Both the position numbers and the translations under genes were made by a program. A DNA stretch of 64,000 nt from positions 63,240,001-63,304,000 of the forward strand of contig OZ024744.1 in NCBI GenBank assembly GCA_964016885.1. Reading direction: 5' to 3'. The number at the start of each line of letters is the position of its first letter. Positions within the stretch are counted from its first letter, which is position 1. The notes under the pieces are model-generated. The model made no database searches. It was given only the letters and a program-made list of their open reading frames with translations, and was not told the origin of the DNA. Shown here piece after piece: positions 25,528 through 38,195 of the stretch. The DNA comes from Eledone cirrhosa (Eukaryota).

Positions 25528-26372
25528 CAGGGTGCGGACGATATTTGTTCGCAAGATTACTGTCTAGGAAAAAATAACACAGTAGTTTTATTTTTTAAGA
25601 TTTATTTATCAAACTTGGGTCAGTTTGTCTTCATGACTTGTTGTTTCGATCTCGCTCGATAAACCCACCATTGGCTTTGATGACGGCCTCAGAACCAGCT
25701 ACAGGACTTCATCACTGTCCCCCGACTTAGGCCCCTAAAGGCACTTGTGATCCTGGCCTTCAGATCGTCTTTTGTATTGCAGCTAGATCTGTTGGTGTCT
25801 CGTTCCACTGCGCCCCACACAAAGAAGTCGAGGGGGATGCAGTCAGGCGAGCTGGGAGGCCTGATGTCAGTTGAAGTGTGGTTGACGAAGTTCTGACAGC
25901 CAGGCTTGGGTCTTTCGGCTGGTATGGCAGGGCGCTGAGTTTTGCTTCCGCACGTACATCCTACCTGCAGCTACCTGGTCGATCCAGGGCTTTACTACCT
26001 CGCTCAGAACGCGGATGTAGCCATCGGTGCTCAGCTTGAGGCCCTCAGAGAAGTTAGGTGGCATGACGACACCTAAGACCAATGTTGTCTCTGGAAACTT
26101 TGTCTACATGACTCTGGGCACGTCTTTGGATGAGACAGCGAGCCACCTGTTGTTTTGGTCTTATTTGTCCTCCCGGCACAGATTCCAAGAAGAACTTCGT
26201 GTCTCTTCCACAAAATTGGAGGTTCAAAATTATTCATAATCAATTATTCTGAAAATAAATAATCGAAATATAGTCACTGTTTTTATGAAGACAAGAGTGA
26301 CAACGGAAGTAAAAAAAAAATTTGCATAAAATTAGCAGTTGAAAATTGCGAACAAATATCGTCCTCACCCTG
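25528..26372 (-). mobile_element. Internally deleted Tc1/mariner-superfamily element (maT/DD37D-like)
   Basis: 27-bp TIRs CAGGGTG(C/A)GGACGATATTTGTTCGCAA flanked by TA; minus-strand fragments YIRVLSEVVKPWI...QNSAPCHTSRKTQ and PPSSPDCIPLDFFVWGAVE. Confidence 0.9.
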
Positions 26373-26496
26373 TATATACATGCATATAGATATATGTAAA
26401 TTGACAATATGCACATAAATTGAACAAAGACTGTTACCCTTTCTTTTGTAATCAGTAACGATGGAAATATATAAGCATTTATGAAATAACAATGGA

Positions 26497-26757
26497 AATA
26501 GAAACGTTTATTTATAATTGTTTCTACTTTTGGCACAAGACCAGCAATTATCCCAGTGCATTACTGCTACTTTATTTTATCGACCCCGTAAGGATGAAAG
26601 GCAAAGTTAACCTCAACGGGATTTGAAATCAGAAAGCTGCAGAGGTTAACTTTGCCTTTCATCCTTACGGGGTCGATAAATAAAGTAGCAGTAATGCACT
26701 GGGATAATTGCTGGGATTGTGCCAAAAATAGAAACAATTATATATAAATGTTTCTAT
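26497..26757. repeat. Inverted duplication (hairpin) of a SINE 3' half plus flank; arms ~26497-26613 and ~26642-26757
   Basis: Arms are near-perfect reverse complements, separated by a ~28-nt spacer. Confidence 0.92.
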
Positions 26758-27699
26758 ATACAATGATATATATGTATTATGATATGAATGCTAACAGAAG
26801 TTGACATTTGAAAGTTAACAGAAGTGAATCTTGAAATAAGCAATTCATTATATATATAAAATTATTTGTTTAATCAAGAACTAAGAACTTTAGTAGATAA
26901 ATTACATAATATTCATTCATGATTTATTCAAAATAAACCAACTTATTTTAATAACATGACATAAAATAATAAACTGAACACAGTCTTGCAGTTCTCTAAT
27001 CATATATAAAATAGAGAGACGTGCAACGTTTATATCTGTGTGTTTGTATGACCACGGCTCTGTAGTGCTTTGGATAAATGTTTTCTACTATAATTTCAAG
27101 TTGACCAATGAGTGAATTTGATAGAAATAAAATGTGCAGAAATATGTCTGGTGTATATGTGTGATTTTTATCTTCACCACTTGACAACTGGTGTTGTTTG
27201 TTTGTGTCCTGTTACTTAGCAGTTCAGCAAAAGAAATTAATGAAACAGAAATAAGTTCTGAAATTTATGAAACCTATTGAGTCTGTGTATAAGAAAGAGA
27301 TCAATAGGTGCGGGAGAAAGCAAAAACATTTAGCCACTAGAAAATCAAAGTTGTATGGACCAAAACAGCTAGAGATATCTACATACAGTCAACCTTTATC
27401 ATTTACATTTCTCTATATATACTATTGTATTTTTGTGGTAAAGGCTTTATCTCACATAATATTGAATCTATGAGATTTTGATGTTATTTATTTTAAGAAC
27501 AATACCTTAATGTCAGCATGAGCAGCCGGTTTGAACAGAAAGAGGTAAGAAAATTCTGGCCAGATATAGCTGATTTAAATGTTAATGGGTTAAGGGAAAT
27601 TCATTCCATAACCTCAAACAAAACACTCAGAACATCCCTTTAAAAATTAATAAAACAAGATTAATCAATAAAAATAAATGGCTTTTGTTGACCTAGAGA

Positions 27700-28340
27700 A
27701 GGCCTTTGATAGAGTACCCCGATCTGTCATCTGGTGGTCCCCAAATGCAGGTAGATTCTATAGAAGTGGTTGATAGCTTCTGGTACCTAGGTGATCAGAT
27801 AAGCATGGGAGGGGAGTCTTCCAAGGCCTTAGTTTCTAGATGGAGGGGTTGGAAGAAGTTTAGGGAGCTGCTTCCTCTGCTGACGAAGAAGGGTTTCTCC
27901 CTGCGTACGAAAGGCCAGTTATATGATGCCTGTGTGAGATGCGCGATGCTGCATGGTAGTGAGACATGGGCAGCAACTGCAGAGGATATGCGATGGCTGG
28001 AGAGAAATGAGGCAAGCATGCTCCGTTAGATGTGTAATGTCAATGTACATGAATGACCAAGCATAGATGAGTTGAGAGAGAAACTGTGTATAAGAGGGAT
28101 AAGTTGTGTGTGGGAGAGAAGACTGCGATGGTATGGACATGTGATGCGCATGGAGGATGACCACTGGGTAAAGAAATACTAGTAGAAGGAAGACCACAAA
28201 AAACATGGGTGGACCTCAGATTGCTGAAGCTCACGGAGGAGATGATGAAGGACCGTGACAAGTGGATAGATGCTGTGCTGAATAGGACCAGTCCCACCCT
28301 TGCAAGCAGGGAAAAGTGGACGTAAAATGATGATGATGAT
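27700..28340 (+). mobile_element. RTE-clade LINE 3' fragment (related fragments ~770-1140 -, ~30150-30450 +, ~40260-40515 -, ~43450-43890 +, ~51190-51590 +, ~55250-55870 -)
   Basis: IEVVDSFWYLGDQI...WKKFRELLPLL...KGQLYDACVRCAMLHGSETW motifs and a (gat)n tail. Confidence 0.9.
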
Positions 28341-28989
28341 GATATATTAATAAACAATGTAATATTAGTGCAATAAAGTTATAAATTGCAAGAATAAAGA
28401 AAAAATTAAATAAATTAAAAGATTCGCAAAATATATTTTTTTAATGTCTCATAAAAATATAATGGTGATGGATATTAAAATATACAGGTATTATTACACG
28501 TGCTGTGAATTGGCAGAATTAGTAGCGCGTCGGACATGTTTTGTGGCATAAAGTTACGGCCCTTTACGTTCAAATCCCGCCGAAGTTAACTTTATGGGGT
28601 CGATAAAATAAAGTACCAGTAATGCACTGGGGTAACTGTGCCAAATGTAGAAACAATTATTACAAAATGAATAACAAATTTGTAAATTTAAGAAAAAAAA
28701 AAATTAAAAACTAATCTATCATTTCACTCTTTCATCAGCAAACTGTCAACTGAGGCTATCTTTGCTATTTCCAGACCAAGGTTCCCTTTAGTGGTGTTTT
28801 GACATATTCACACAATGAGACTCTATTTCGATATATACACTGCATGTAGACTCCCCTCAGGCATTTTTCACTTCTATCCTTTGTTGATACAAAATCCATG
28901 CCTCATTTCTCCTTTTATATATATATAACAAATAGTTATTGCTCTACATGGCTGAATACAATAAATGTAATCTGAGTTTTTCGAATATT

Positions 28990-29215
28990 AATAATGGTTT
29001 CGTATATAGGCACAAGGCCAGCAATTATGGGGGAGGGGATAGTCAATTAAATCGACCCCACTGCGTGACTGGTACTTTATTTTATCGACCCCCGTAAGGA
29101 TAAAAGGCAAAATTAACTTCGGCGGGATTTGAACTCAGATCATAAAGAGCCATAATAACTCTATGCTGCAAAGCATGGTGTCCGACCCTCTACCAATACT
29201 GCCTATCAACTGCCC
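28990..29215 (-). mobile_element. Abundant SINE with a ctttcatccttacggggtcgataaaataaagtaccag core (Meta-domain-like); other copies ~20445-20590, 28505-28660, 31530-31725, 44607-44710, 49308-49647, 51010-51145, 54900-55115
   Basis: Multiple dispersed copies in both orientations, box B-like gttcaaatccc, (aat)n tails. Confidence 0.75.
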
Positions 29216-29482
29216 TTTTTTGAATATTAATAATAATATTTGATTCGTTTGCAATTAGGCAGACAGCCTCTTTTAAGTCATGTTATTAGAATGAGCCCCT
29301 CATTCTTTCTCTTGTGTTGGCATGAAAACAGAATTGCAAATATTTCTTGGTGATTACCCTTCATCAGTGCAGTTTACTGCCCACCTGCCAACTGTCAGAG
29401 ACAGTGAAAACATATGATACTTTCTGAAATATACAGTGACTGATCAGCCTGATTTATATATATATATATATATATATATAGT

Positions 29483-29847
29483 GGAAAGAGATATAAAGCT
29501 AAACAATGCAAAATGGACTGTAAGATGAGGTAACGAAAAATTACCTGGTAATGTTTTTGTTGTTTGTTGTTGTTGTTATTCTGTCCAATATTTCAGGACC
29601 TAAAAGTCCCTTCGTCATGGTTTAAAGAACTGCCAGTGGATAATGTTCCAATTTCCTCTCTTGGGATTAAATTTTGATTTAAATTTTTTTAAGTCGTTTT
29701 CAAGCATTTTAAGGGACTTTTAGATCCTGAAATATTGGACAGAAAAAAAGAACAACAAAACACAAAACAAAGATTACCAGGTAACTTACTTTTCGTTACC
29801 TCATCTTACAGTCCATTTTGCATTGTTTAGCCTTCTATCTCTTTCAA
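29483..29847. repeat. Long imperfect inverted repeat (~150-bp arms), probably Penelope pLTR-derived
   Basis: gctaaacaatgcaaaatggactgtaagatgaggtaacgaaaa...ttttcgttacctcatcttacagtccattttgcattgtttagc; contains a decayed hammerhead-like core. Confidence 0.85.
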
Positions 29848-32119
29848 TGTTATATATCATATACAATGCTTCAAGCAAACTACAACATTTTATATCATCA
29901 TCATCACAGTCTAATGTTAATTTTTCCGTGCCAGCATGAGTTAGACGAGTTGGCCTGTTGTGAGAGATTGCCAGGTTAGGTGACCATGTCTAATGCCCTT
30001 CCTTAAGCCAACCACATTTAGAGTGTTGGCTGGGTGTTTATGTCATGACACCTACATGACCTTACAGTGTTGGCTGGGTGTTTTTTGTTGTGATACCTAC
30101 ACAACCACTTTACAGTGTGGGTTGGGTGCTTTTTGTTGTGATGCTATATGACTGTGAGACATGAGCCTTGACTGCTGAAGACTTGTGAACCCTAGAAAGA
30201 AATGAAGGAAGTATGCTCCAATGAATGTGTAATGTCAGCATGCATGAACAATGTAGCATAAGCAAGCTGAGAGAAAAATATTACATAAGAGTAATTGGCT
30301 ACAGTATGCAAAAAAGAACACTGCATTGGTATGGAAATGTGATGTATATGGAAACTGAGAGCTTTTATAAAAAGTGCAGAGAAAATTTATAGGATGTGAC
30401 TCATGGGAGAGCTGAACCCACAAAGAGATGGAATGAGGTAGTGAAGACCAACCATCATTGAAAAATGCACCCAGCACACTCAGTAAAGTGTCTGGTAACA
30501 ATAAGAAACCTTGCCAAAAAGAGGTTGAAAGCACTCTCTAGTTGTGTCAAAGGTGTGACAACCTCTCTAGTGTTGGTGAGCTACATGATATATGCACTAA
30601 GTACACACTAAAGGGGTGATAGGAAGGTCATCTAGTCAAAGAAAACTTTCTAAACAAAGGGTCGGGAGAACACTTCAGCTAACCTCTTTATTGTTGATAA
30701 TTTACACGATAATCACACCCATACACTATAAAGGGATTGGTGATACGAAGGGCATCCAGTGGCAGAAAATCATCCATTCAGAAGGTGAGGAGGATGCTTC
30801 AGTTATACCAAGGACATAACTTCCTTAGTGTTGGTGTCACAATAAAATGCATTCACTAGTGCATAGCTTTGGGAGTTGCAAGCCACCAGCCCATCTGAGC
30901 TCTCAGTAGAGTGCAGGAATGCATGTAAGAAACATGCAGGGTACCAGCTCATCTAAGCTCTCAGTAGGGTGCAGGAATGCATGTAAGCAAAATGCAGGGT
31001 ACCAGCCCACTATGGGAGTTAGTTCCTCCTCTCTAAGTATTATTATCCTGGTCAGCTAATGACCTGTTCAACCCTGGCTAGCAAGGAAACTGGATGTCAA
31101 ACAATGATGATGATAATAAAAAGGACTCAATCCACTCTATAAAGTGGTAGTGATAGTACCATACTAAAAAGCACCAAATCTACCTAGTAAAGTGTTTAAT
31201 TCAAGAGTCATGATAAAATGATCCCAGTACATGCTACAAGGTAGTTAGCTTCAGGAAGAGCATCCAGTTGTAGAAACCAAGCCAAAAGTGGAGCATATGA
31301 GCAAGATGTGATCACCTGACCAGTTTGTGACAATCTATCTAACCCATTCAAGCTTGAAAAGTAAATCTTAAACGATGATGAAGGCATGAAACAATGTAAC
31401 ATCAACTAGGAACATAGGGAGTTGAAAGTAATTGATGCATGGGCTATAATCTGTCACCCATGCCTTCTCTTTACCAAATCTGTTATTTTATTGCACAACT
31501 TTTTTAACAATAAGACTTTCTTTGTTTAATAATAATTGTTTCTACTTTTGGCAAAAGGCCAGCAATTACCCAGTGCATTACTGGTACTTTATTTTATCGA
31601 CCCCCGTAAGGATGAAAGGCAAAGTTAACCTCGACGGGATTTGAACTAGATTGTAAAGGGACATAACTATGCTAGAACTAGAAAGCATGGCGTCCAACCC
31701 TCTACCAATACTGCCAATTCACCAATAGTTTCTCTCACTGGCAGAAGACAGTTATTGTGGGGAGGGAGAATATAATCGATTAAATAATGTTTGTCTTCAA
31801 CATTTTCTCAGCCTTCTTTGAAAGCTGTGTGCTACTTAAAATCCTTACTTCTTGATAGAGTGGCATCTCTACTCAAGATTTGTTGAATTTGACACAATAT
31901 TTGATTGCAGCCATTATTCCAAAGTATAAGAGCGGTTATAAATAGTAATGACTCACAACTGACTCAATCACTCATGCCGAAAAAAGTATGTATGTATAGC
32001 CAATCCCACAAATAAACATGCCTATATACATCCATGAGGTGCTGCATTACCATGTCAGACATAGGAAAATCAGTCCCCTTACTTTTGGCACAAACGTTGT
32101 GTGTATATATATATATATA

Positions 32120-34053
32120 AGTAAAAATTCAGTGAGAATCGCATTTCGGCGGGTAGAAAAAGCGAAACGTAACGCAAATTCCGAGTCATGCTGGCAAGCG
32201 CTCCATAGGCTAAAAAAGACCAGAGCAATAAACATAGGTTTTAAGGCCATACAAACAGAGAAGGCGGTCAAGAAGCCATTAACCACCTAAGACAAAAAAC
32301 AAGTGAAGCTAAACAGGTCAGAAAAAATAAGTGACATAATCATATATATATACATATACTTATATATATATAACAAACCTGGACCCTAGGAATTGATGGT
32401 AAAATCCAGTACAGGGTTTCTATGACACTTAAATCAATAATACTGTCTGCTTAAAACAATAAGCTTTTGGTATAATGATCAAATGAGGAATATCACGTTA
32501 TCAACAGGTATTTTGTTCTGCGCCAGTGTTGTGGATGACACAGCGTTTTGTAAAAGCACATACGTAACTCACAGGGGAAAAAATCCCAGATTTTGGCAAA
32601 TGAATTCAGTATGTGTAAATCCATGCAAAAAATTGCATAAATAGCACAAATCCAATAAGCTCTCAACCAGGTAGTTTTTAAAATAAACTTATGCAACTGT
32701 CAATAGAATTATTAACAGGTTAATTGTAAGACTCAGGAGTTTAATACAAGTATAAATTCAGCGAGAATTGCATTTCAGCAGGTAGAAATAGCGAAACGTA
32801 ACACAAATTCCAAGTTATGCTGGCAAAAAAGACCAGAGCAATAAACATAGGTTATAAAGGCCATACAAACTGAGAAGGCGGTCAAGAAGCCATTAACCAC
32901 CTAAGCCAAAAAACAAGTCAAGCTAAACAGGTCAGACAAAATAAATGACATAATCATATATATATACATATCTATAATATTATAAAGCTGAGCGTCGTGT
33001 GTATTATGTATGTATCCTACACAACTCCCTATAGTTTCTTAGCTTTACTCTCTCCGTCACTCTTCCCTCTCTCTATAATAGATCATTCCCCCCTCTCTAT
33101 AATTTAACTGCTTTACTCTCTCTGTCGCTCTTCACTCTCTAATATTATAAAGCTAAGCGTCGTCTCTCTCTCTCCCTCTTTCACCCTCTCTATAATTTAA
33201 CTGCTTTACTCTCTGTCTCTCTTCACTCTCTATATGACAACACTCTTTTACTTTCCGTATCTACCTTCAATATATCAATATATACCCAGGTTCTGCTGCA
33301 CGTCGGGCTGAGGGGGCCAAACTCCTCAAATACCGGTCGCTCTCCGACAGTTTTGTGGTCGTACCCCTGGCAGTGGAGACTTCTGGTGTCCTCGGCCCCA
33401 GGGCTACCTCCTTACTCACCATCTATCAAATATCAACATAGAGATGAGCATCGTATGTATGTTTATTTCAAAAGATAACCTCCTTCAAATTCGGTCAACA
33501 CACAAGCAGGTAATACATACATCAAAAGGCAACCCTCTTAGAGAGACAGAGAGTGAAAGAGACAGATTAAGAAAACTACACACACATAACTAAAGAGAAA
33601 GAGGGGAGAGAGGAGAGAGAGAGAGAGACAGGGAAAGAGAAACAGAGGGACGGGCAAGCAGGTAATACATACATCTAAAATCATTTGGATACAAATATCA
33701 TAATATAATGGTTGCAGAACGAAAATACAAATATAATAATGTATGTATCCCACACACTTTTTCTGTCGTCGCTCGCATAAGTAACACACACACACACACA
33801 AATACACATACTTTCACACCTGATTTCGCCAATTGCCGGATAACATCAAAACAAAACACAGACACACACATGCACAAACACACATACACACACACAAACA
33901 CACGCACAGGAATCTATACTTTATATGTATGTATGTATCTATGTAAGATCATTCCCCCTCTCTATAATTTAACTGCTTTACTCTCTCTGTCGCTCTTCAC
34001 TCTATATGACAACACTGTTTTAGTTTCCGTATCTCCCTTCAATATATACACAC

Positions 34054-34094
<41 letters not shown>

Positions 34095-34510
34095 AAAACA
34101 GAGAGAGGGGGAAAAGAAAGAGATAAGCTGTTAGACAGAGAGAGATACAATTAAAGTGTTAGTTATTCAGAGAGAGGGAGAGAGAGAGAGTCGGAAGGAC
34201 AATGTGACACCGGAGGGTGTGTGGCATTTTTGCAGTGGAGTGGTGGGGGCAGGTATACCTAGCCGGGCGCCAGCTGGACGGGCCAGCTAGTACATATATA
34301 TATAACAAACCTGGACCCTAGGAATTGATGGTAAAATCCAGTACAGGGTTTCTGTGACACTTAAATCAATAATACTGTCTGCTTAAAACAATAAGCTTCT
34401 GGCATAATGATCGAACAAGGAATATCACGTTATCAACAGGTATTTTGTTCTGCGCCAGTGTTGTGGATGACACAGTGTTTTGTAAAAGCACATGCGTAAC
34501 TCACAGGGCA

Positions 34511-34512
<2 letters not shown>
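32120..34512. repeat. Tandem duplication of a ~630-bp unit; the second copy is split by a Helitron insertion
   Basis: 32120-32355 matches 32750-32970, and 32356-32580 matches 34291-34512. Confidence 0.9.
32971..34290 (+). mobile_element. Non-autonomous Helitron
   Basis: Starts TC(TATAATAT), ends with a GC-rich hairpin-like segment then CTAG; inserted between A and T without a TSD, as shown by the empty site in the first duplicate copy (~32356). Confidence 0.85.
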
Positions 34513-34555
<43 letters not shown>

Positions 34556-35139
34556 TCATCATCATCATTATCGTTTAACGTCTGTTTTCCAAGGTAAGTC
34601 GAGTCTGGTGACCATATCTTTGTTATACAGAACTGTTTCTGGCTTGGTTTCTATGGCTGGATGCCCAACCATACTTACTATGTGTGTTGGGTGCTTTTTG
34701 TCATAACAGTACTTTACAGTGTGGACTGGATGCTTTTTGTAGTAACATCTACACGACCACTTTACAGTATGGGGTGGTTAATTTTTGTTGTGACACCTAC
34801 ATGACCACTTTACAGTTTGGTCTGAGCATTTTTTGTTGTGGTACCAAAACTGCCACGTTACAGTGTGGACTGGGGACTAGGACAGGGGTGTAAAGGCATT
34901 GGCGAAGGGTGGTGTGATCAGGTTGTGGGTGGGCTGTTAAGGTGTGTGAGGTTTTTGGAAGGGGGAGGGGGATAGCAGTTAAGTGGTGCATGCTAGATGT
35001 ATGCTCCATTCTATATGTATGGGAAGGGTCTTCTGTACTACTGTCTAACGCCAAAGATTTCAATCCTGTATCATTGCCTTTGAAAGGTGCAATTGGGCAA
35101 GGTCAGCGTTTATCACCTCATCCCAGGTCCTGCTGCTCC

Positions 35140-37370
35140 ATAGTTTCCATCAACTTTGATCACCCTGCACCACTTTATACAGCTGTCGTCCTTCATACAC
35201 ATCACATGGCCATACCAACGCAATCTCCTCTCTTGTATCTGATCCCTCTTATGCCCAATTTTTCTCTCAGTTCATTTACGCTTTGCCATTCATGTATATT
35301 ACTATTACACATCCATCGGAGTATGCAGGTTCATTTCTTTCTGGTCGCCAGTCCTCTGCACACATCGCCCAGATCCTTCTACCATGCAACATTGCTGTTC
35401 ATATACATTCATCATACAATCAACCCTTTATTTTAAAGAAAAACCTTTTGAAACTAACAGCAGTATTAGCTCCCTGAACTTTCTCCATCCCATTCTCACT
35501 CTAGCTACTGTACTTTCGGAACACCCACCTCCACTGCTAATTTGGTCACCCAGGTAACAGAACCTATCAACTACTTCTATCAAGCCCTCTGGGTATTTGA
35601 AGGGGCTCATATCCTGTGGGCTCTTGCTACTTATGCACCTGTGAATCAGCCGCATATAAACCTACATTCTTTGCTAGCCTGCCTGATATCTCACTACAAC
35701 TCTTGTGTATTTGTGGCAGAAGATGGAATTTCTTCCCACTTATTTCCTGCACACTGAGTAAGGCCATTTCCCTGAGGGAATCTGGGCCCTGCTTTCCTTT
35801 ACTAGGAATTTGGTATTTGACAAGACCATGCTTCCAGATTTGGAATTTCTTCTCTAGTTCAGCCATAGATTCAGCTATAAGGTTAGACCATCTGAATACA
35901 GAAGTTACCAAGGCCAACTGGTCTTAAACTTTTCTGTTAAAACCTGTAGGGCAATAATAAACAGGAGGGGCTAAGGATGGAGCCTTGGTGAACACCTACT
36001 TTTATGCTAAATTTTTCACAATATTCATTGGTAATTCTAACCTTGCTGTTTGTTCCTCGATACATGGCTTGTATAGCTCTCACAAGTCACTCATTTACCC
36101 CTAGTTTTTTAAGAGCCCACCAAATAATGAAATGGGGGATTCTGTCAAAGGCTTTCTCCAGGTCAATGGAAGCTAATTAGAAGGGGTTTACTTTTAGTTA
36201 GGTACTTCTCCTGTAGTTGCCTCACAAGGAAGAGAGTATCTATGGTATTTTTACCTGGCACAAATCCAAACTGCATTTCCTCTAGGTTAACTTGGTCCCT
36301 AATCAGTTGTGCAATAACTCTTCCTGTGATCTTCATGAACTGGTCAACCAACTTAATGCCTCTATATTTTTCTCTGTCTAGAGCATCTCATTTGCCCTAG
36401 TAGCAGTTGGCAATAATGCTGCTATGCCAATCATTGGGTATAACACCGTTTTGTATTACTTGGTTTACAAAAAAGGTGGCCATGACATGACCCACCATCC
36501 CAGATGCTTTCAGCATCTCAGCAACTATCCTTGAAGGTTCAGCTGCTTTGCCTATCTTCATATCCTTGATTGCTTTACTTACTATACTACTGCTAACTTG
36601 CCCAGCCGGTCCCTTTGTTGGTCAACTTGGGGCAAACTATTTTCAATCATCCATTTTCCTGATTTAGTAGTCTTTCATAGTGGCACTTCCATGCTACCTT
36701 ATTTTCTGCATCAGTAAGGGTGAGTACTCCATTATCATCATGTACACACTTGTCCCAATCAACATCATTGTTTTCCCTGACACACTGCCTCACAATCCTG
36801 GTCACCTCGTGCCTTTGGTCCCCATGTTGCAGAACATGCTTAAATTTTTTATTTTCTGCTTCCTTGCAAAGTTTACTTAGCACCTAGCTTCTCTCCTAGC
36901 TTCCTGGTAGTGTTCCCTACTTCCTCCATCCTGCCATTCTTTCCATGCCTGTCTTTTAGCCTTAATTGTCTCATCCACCCTACTTTTCCAACACCAAGTC
37001 ACTATCCTTCTCCACAGAGACCTGCTCCAACCACAGATTTAGTTTGTTGCTTCAGTAGGTTATCTTTCAGGAATTCCCACTGATTCTCTATATTGTACGT
37101 CTCTAATTGCTCTTCTTTACTGTCAAAAGTATTGAGCAACATACCTCTAAATTGTTTACTGGTTGTGGAGTCCTTTAACTTCTACTCAAGGTTGTCCTCT
37201 GTCGAGTTTGTCTAGTCCTGACTATAAGGTCGCTAACTATTAGGTTATGTTGGGAGATGCATTCTTCGTCAGAGAGGGACTTTGTATTTACAACCATCTC
37301 TTTGTCTTGTGTTCTGGTAAGGATAACATCTATCCGGTTGCTTTGCTCCCCTTATCTATAGGTGATCAAG
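35140..37370 (-). mobile_element. Degraded RTE-clade LINE ORF (endonuclease end to reverse transcriptase)
   Basis: Fragments EMQFGFVPGKNTIDTLFLVRQLQEKY, DLEKAFDR, EVVDRFCYLGDQISSGGG...WRKFREL; many stops and frameshifts. Confidence 0.93.
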
Positions 37371-37439
37371 TGATATATATACACACATATATAATGTGTG
37401 TATGCAAAAAGTAAACAGAAATAACAAAGCAAGTCATAT

Positions 37440-38195
37440 GTTTCACAAGTGTTCAGCAAAGCGATCTGTTGCATGGAGGCCTATTTGTCTGATGTATAAG
37501 GACACTCAAAAGGAACATCAATGGTCATAGAGAACGTGGCTGAATGGGGAGGTGAAGGAGTGGCAGATACTGAAAGAACCATTAGTGTCTGTAAGAATGG
37601 TGAGGTTGAAAATGAAGGAACATGAGTTTCAGAAGGGGTGAGAACAGGGATGAGATTCCAGGTGGAGTCCTAGGGGAGGAAGGTACGAAATTGTACAACA
37701 GGTGGTCGCAGATATTATATTACGGGCGCAATTAAAGGTGGTGATGGGTGGGTTTGGGAAGAAGTGGGAAGTGACAGGGTCAGAAAAAAAGGCGCGAAAG
37801 CAAAGGAAAAAATAGCGCTGGAGAGGTAGGTGGTAGGTGCAAGGAGAAAGGGAGGCAAGTGTTGGGTCAGGGGAGTGAAAGGGCTGTGATATGGTAGGTT
37901 TCATGAGTGTGGGTAAGGATTTTATAGATCAAGGTGAGGGGATATCCCTGCTGGTTAAAGTGGAGGACCACGTGTTGGGACTGCGTCTCGAAATTGCGAT
38001 CCTAGCTACTGAGCTGATGAAGACAGAGAAATTAGTAGTAGGGGGGTATGAAGTGTTTGGAGTGGGTGAAGTAGGAGGAGAGGAAGTCGAGCTAGAAGTT
38101 GGAGTGTGTGGGTTTGTAAGAGACGGAGGTAGAGCAGGTGTGGTTGATTGAACAAAAGAGTCGGAGACAGAGGTGGTGAAGGTGAGGGGTGAAGT
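37440..38195 (-). mobile_element. Penelope-like element fragment (RT thumb to GIY-YIG region), degraded
   Basis: Minus-strand STSVSYKPTHS..LDF..S.....K..IP....FLCL and a downstream LYIRQ...DRFAEHL-like motif. Confidence 0.7.
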
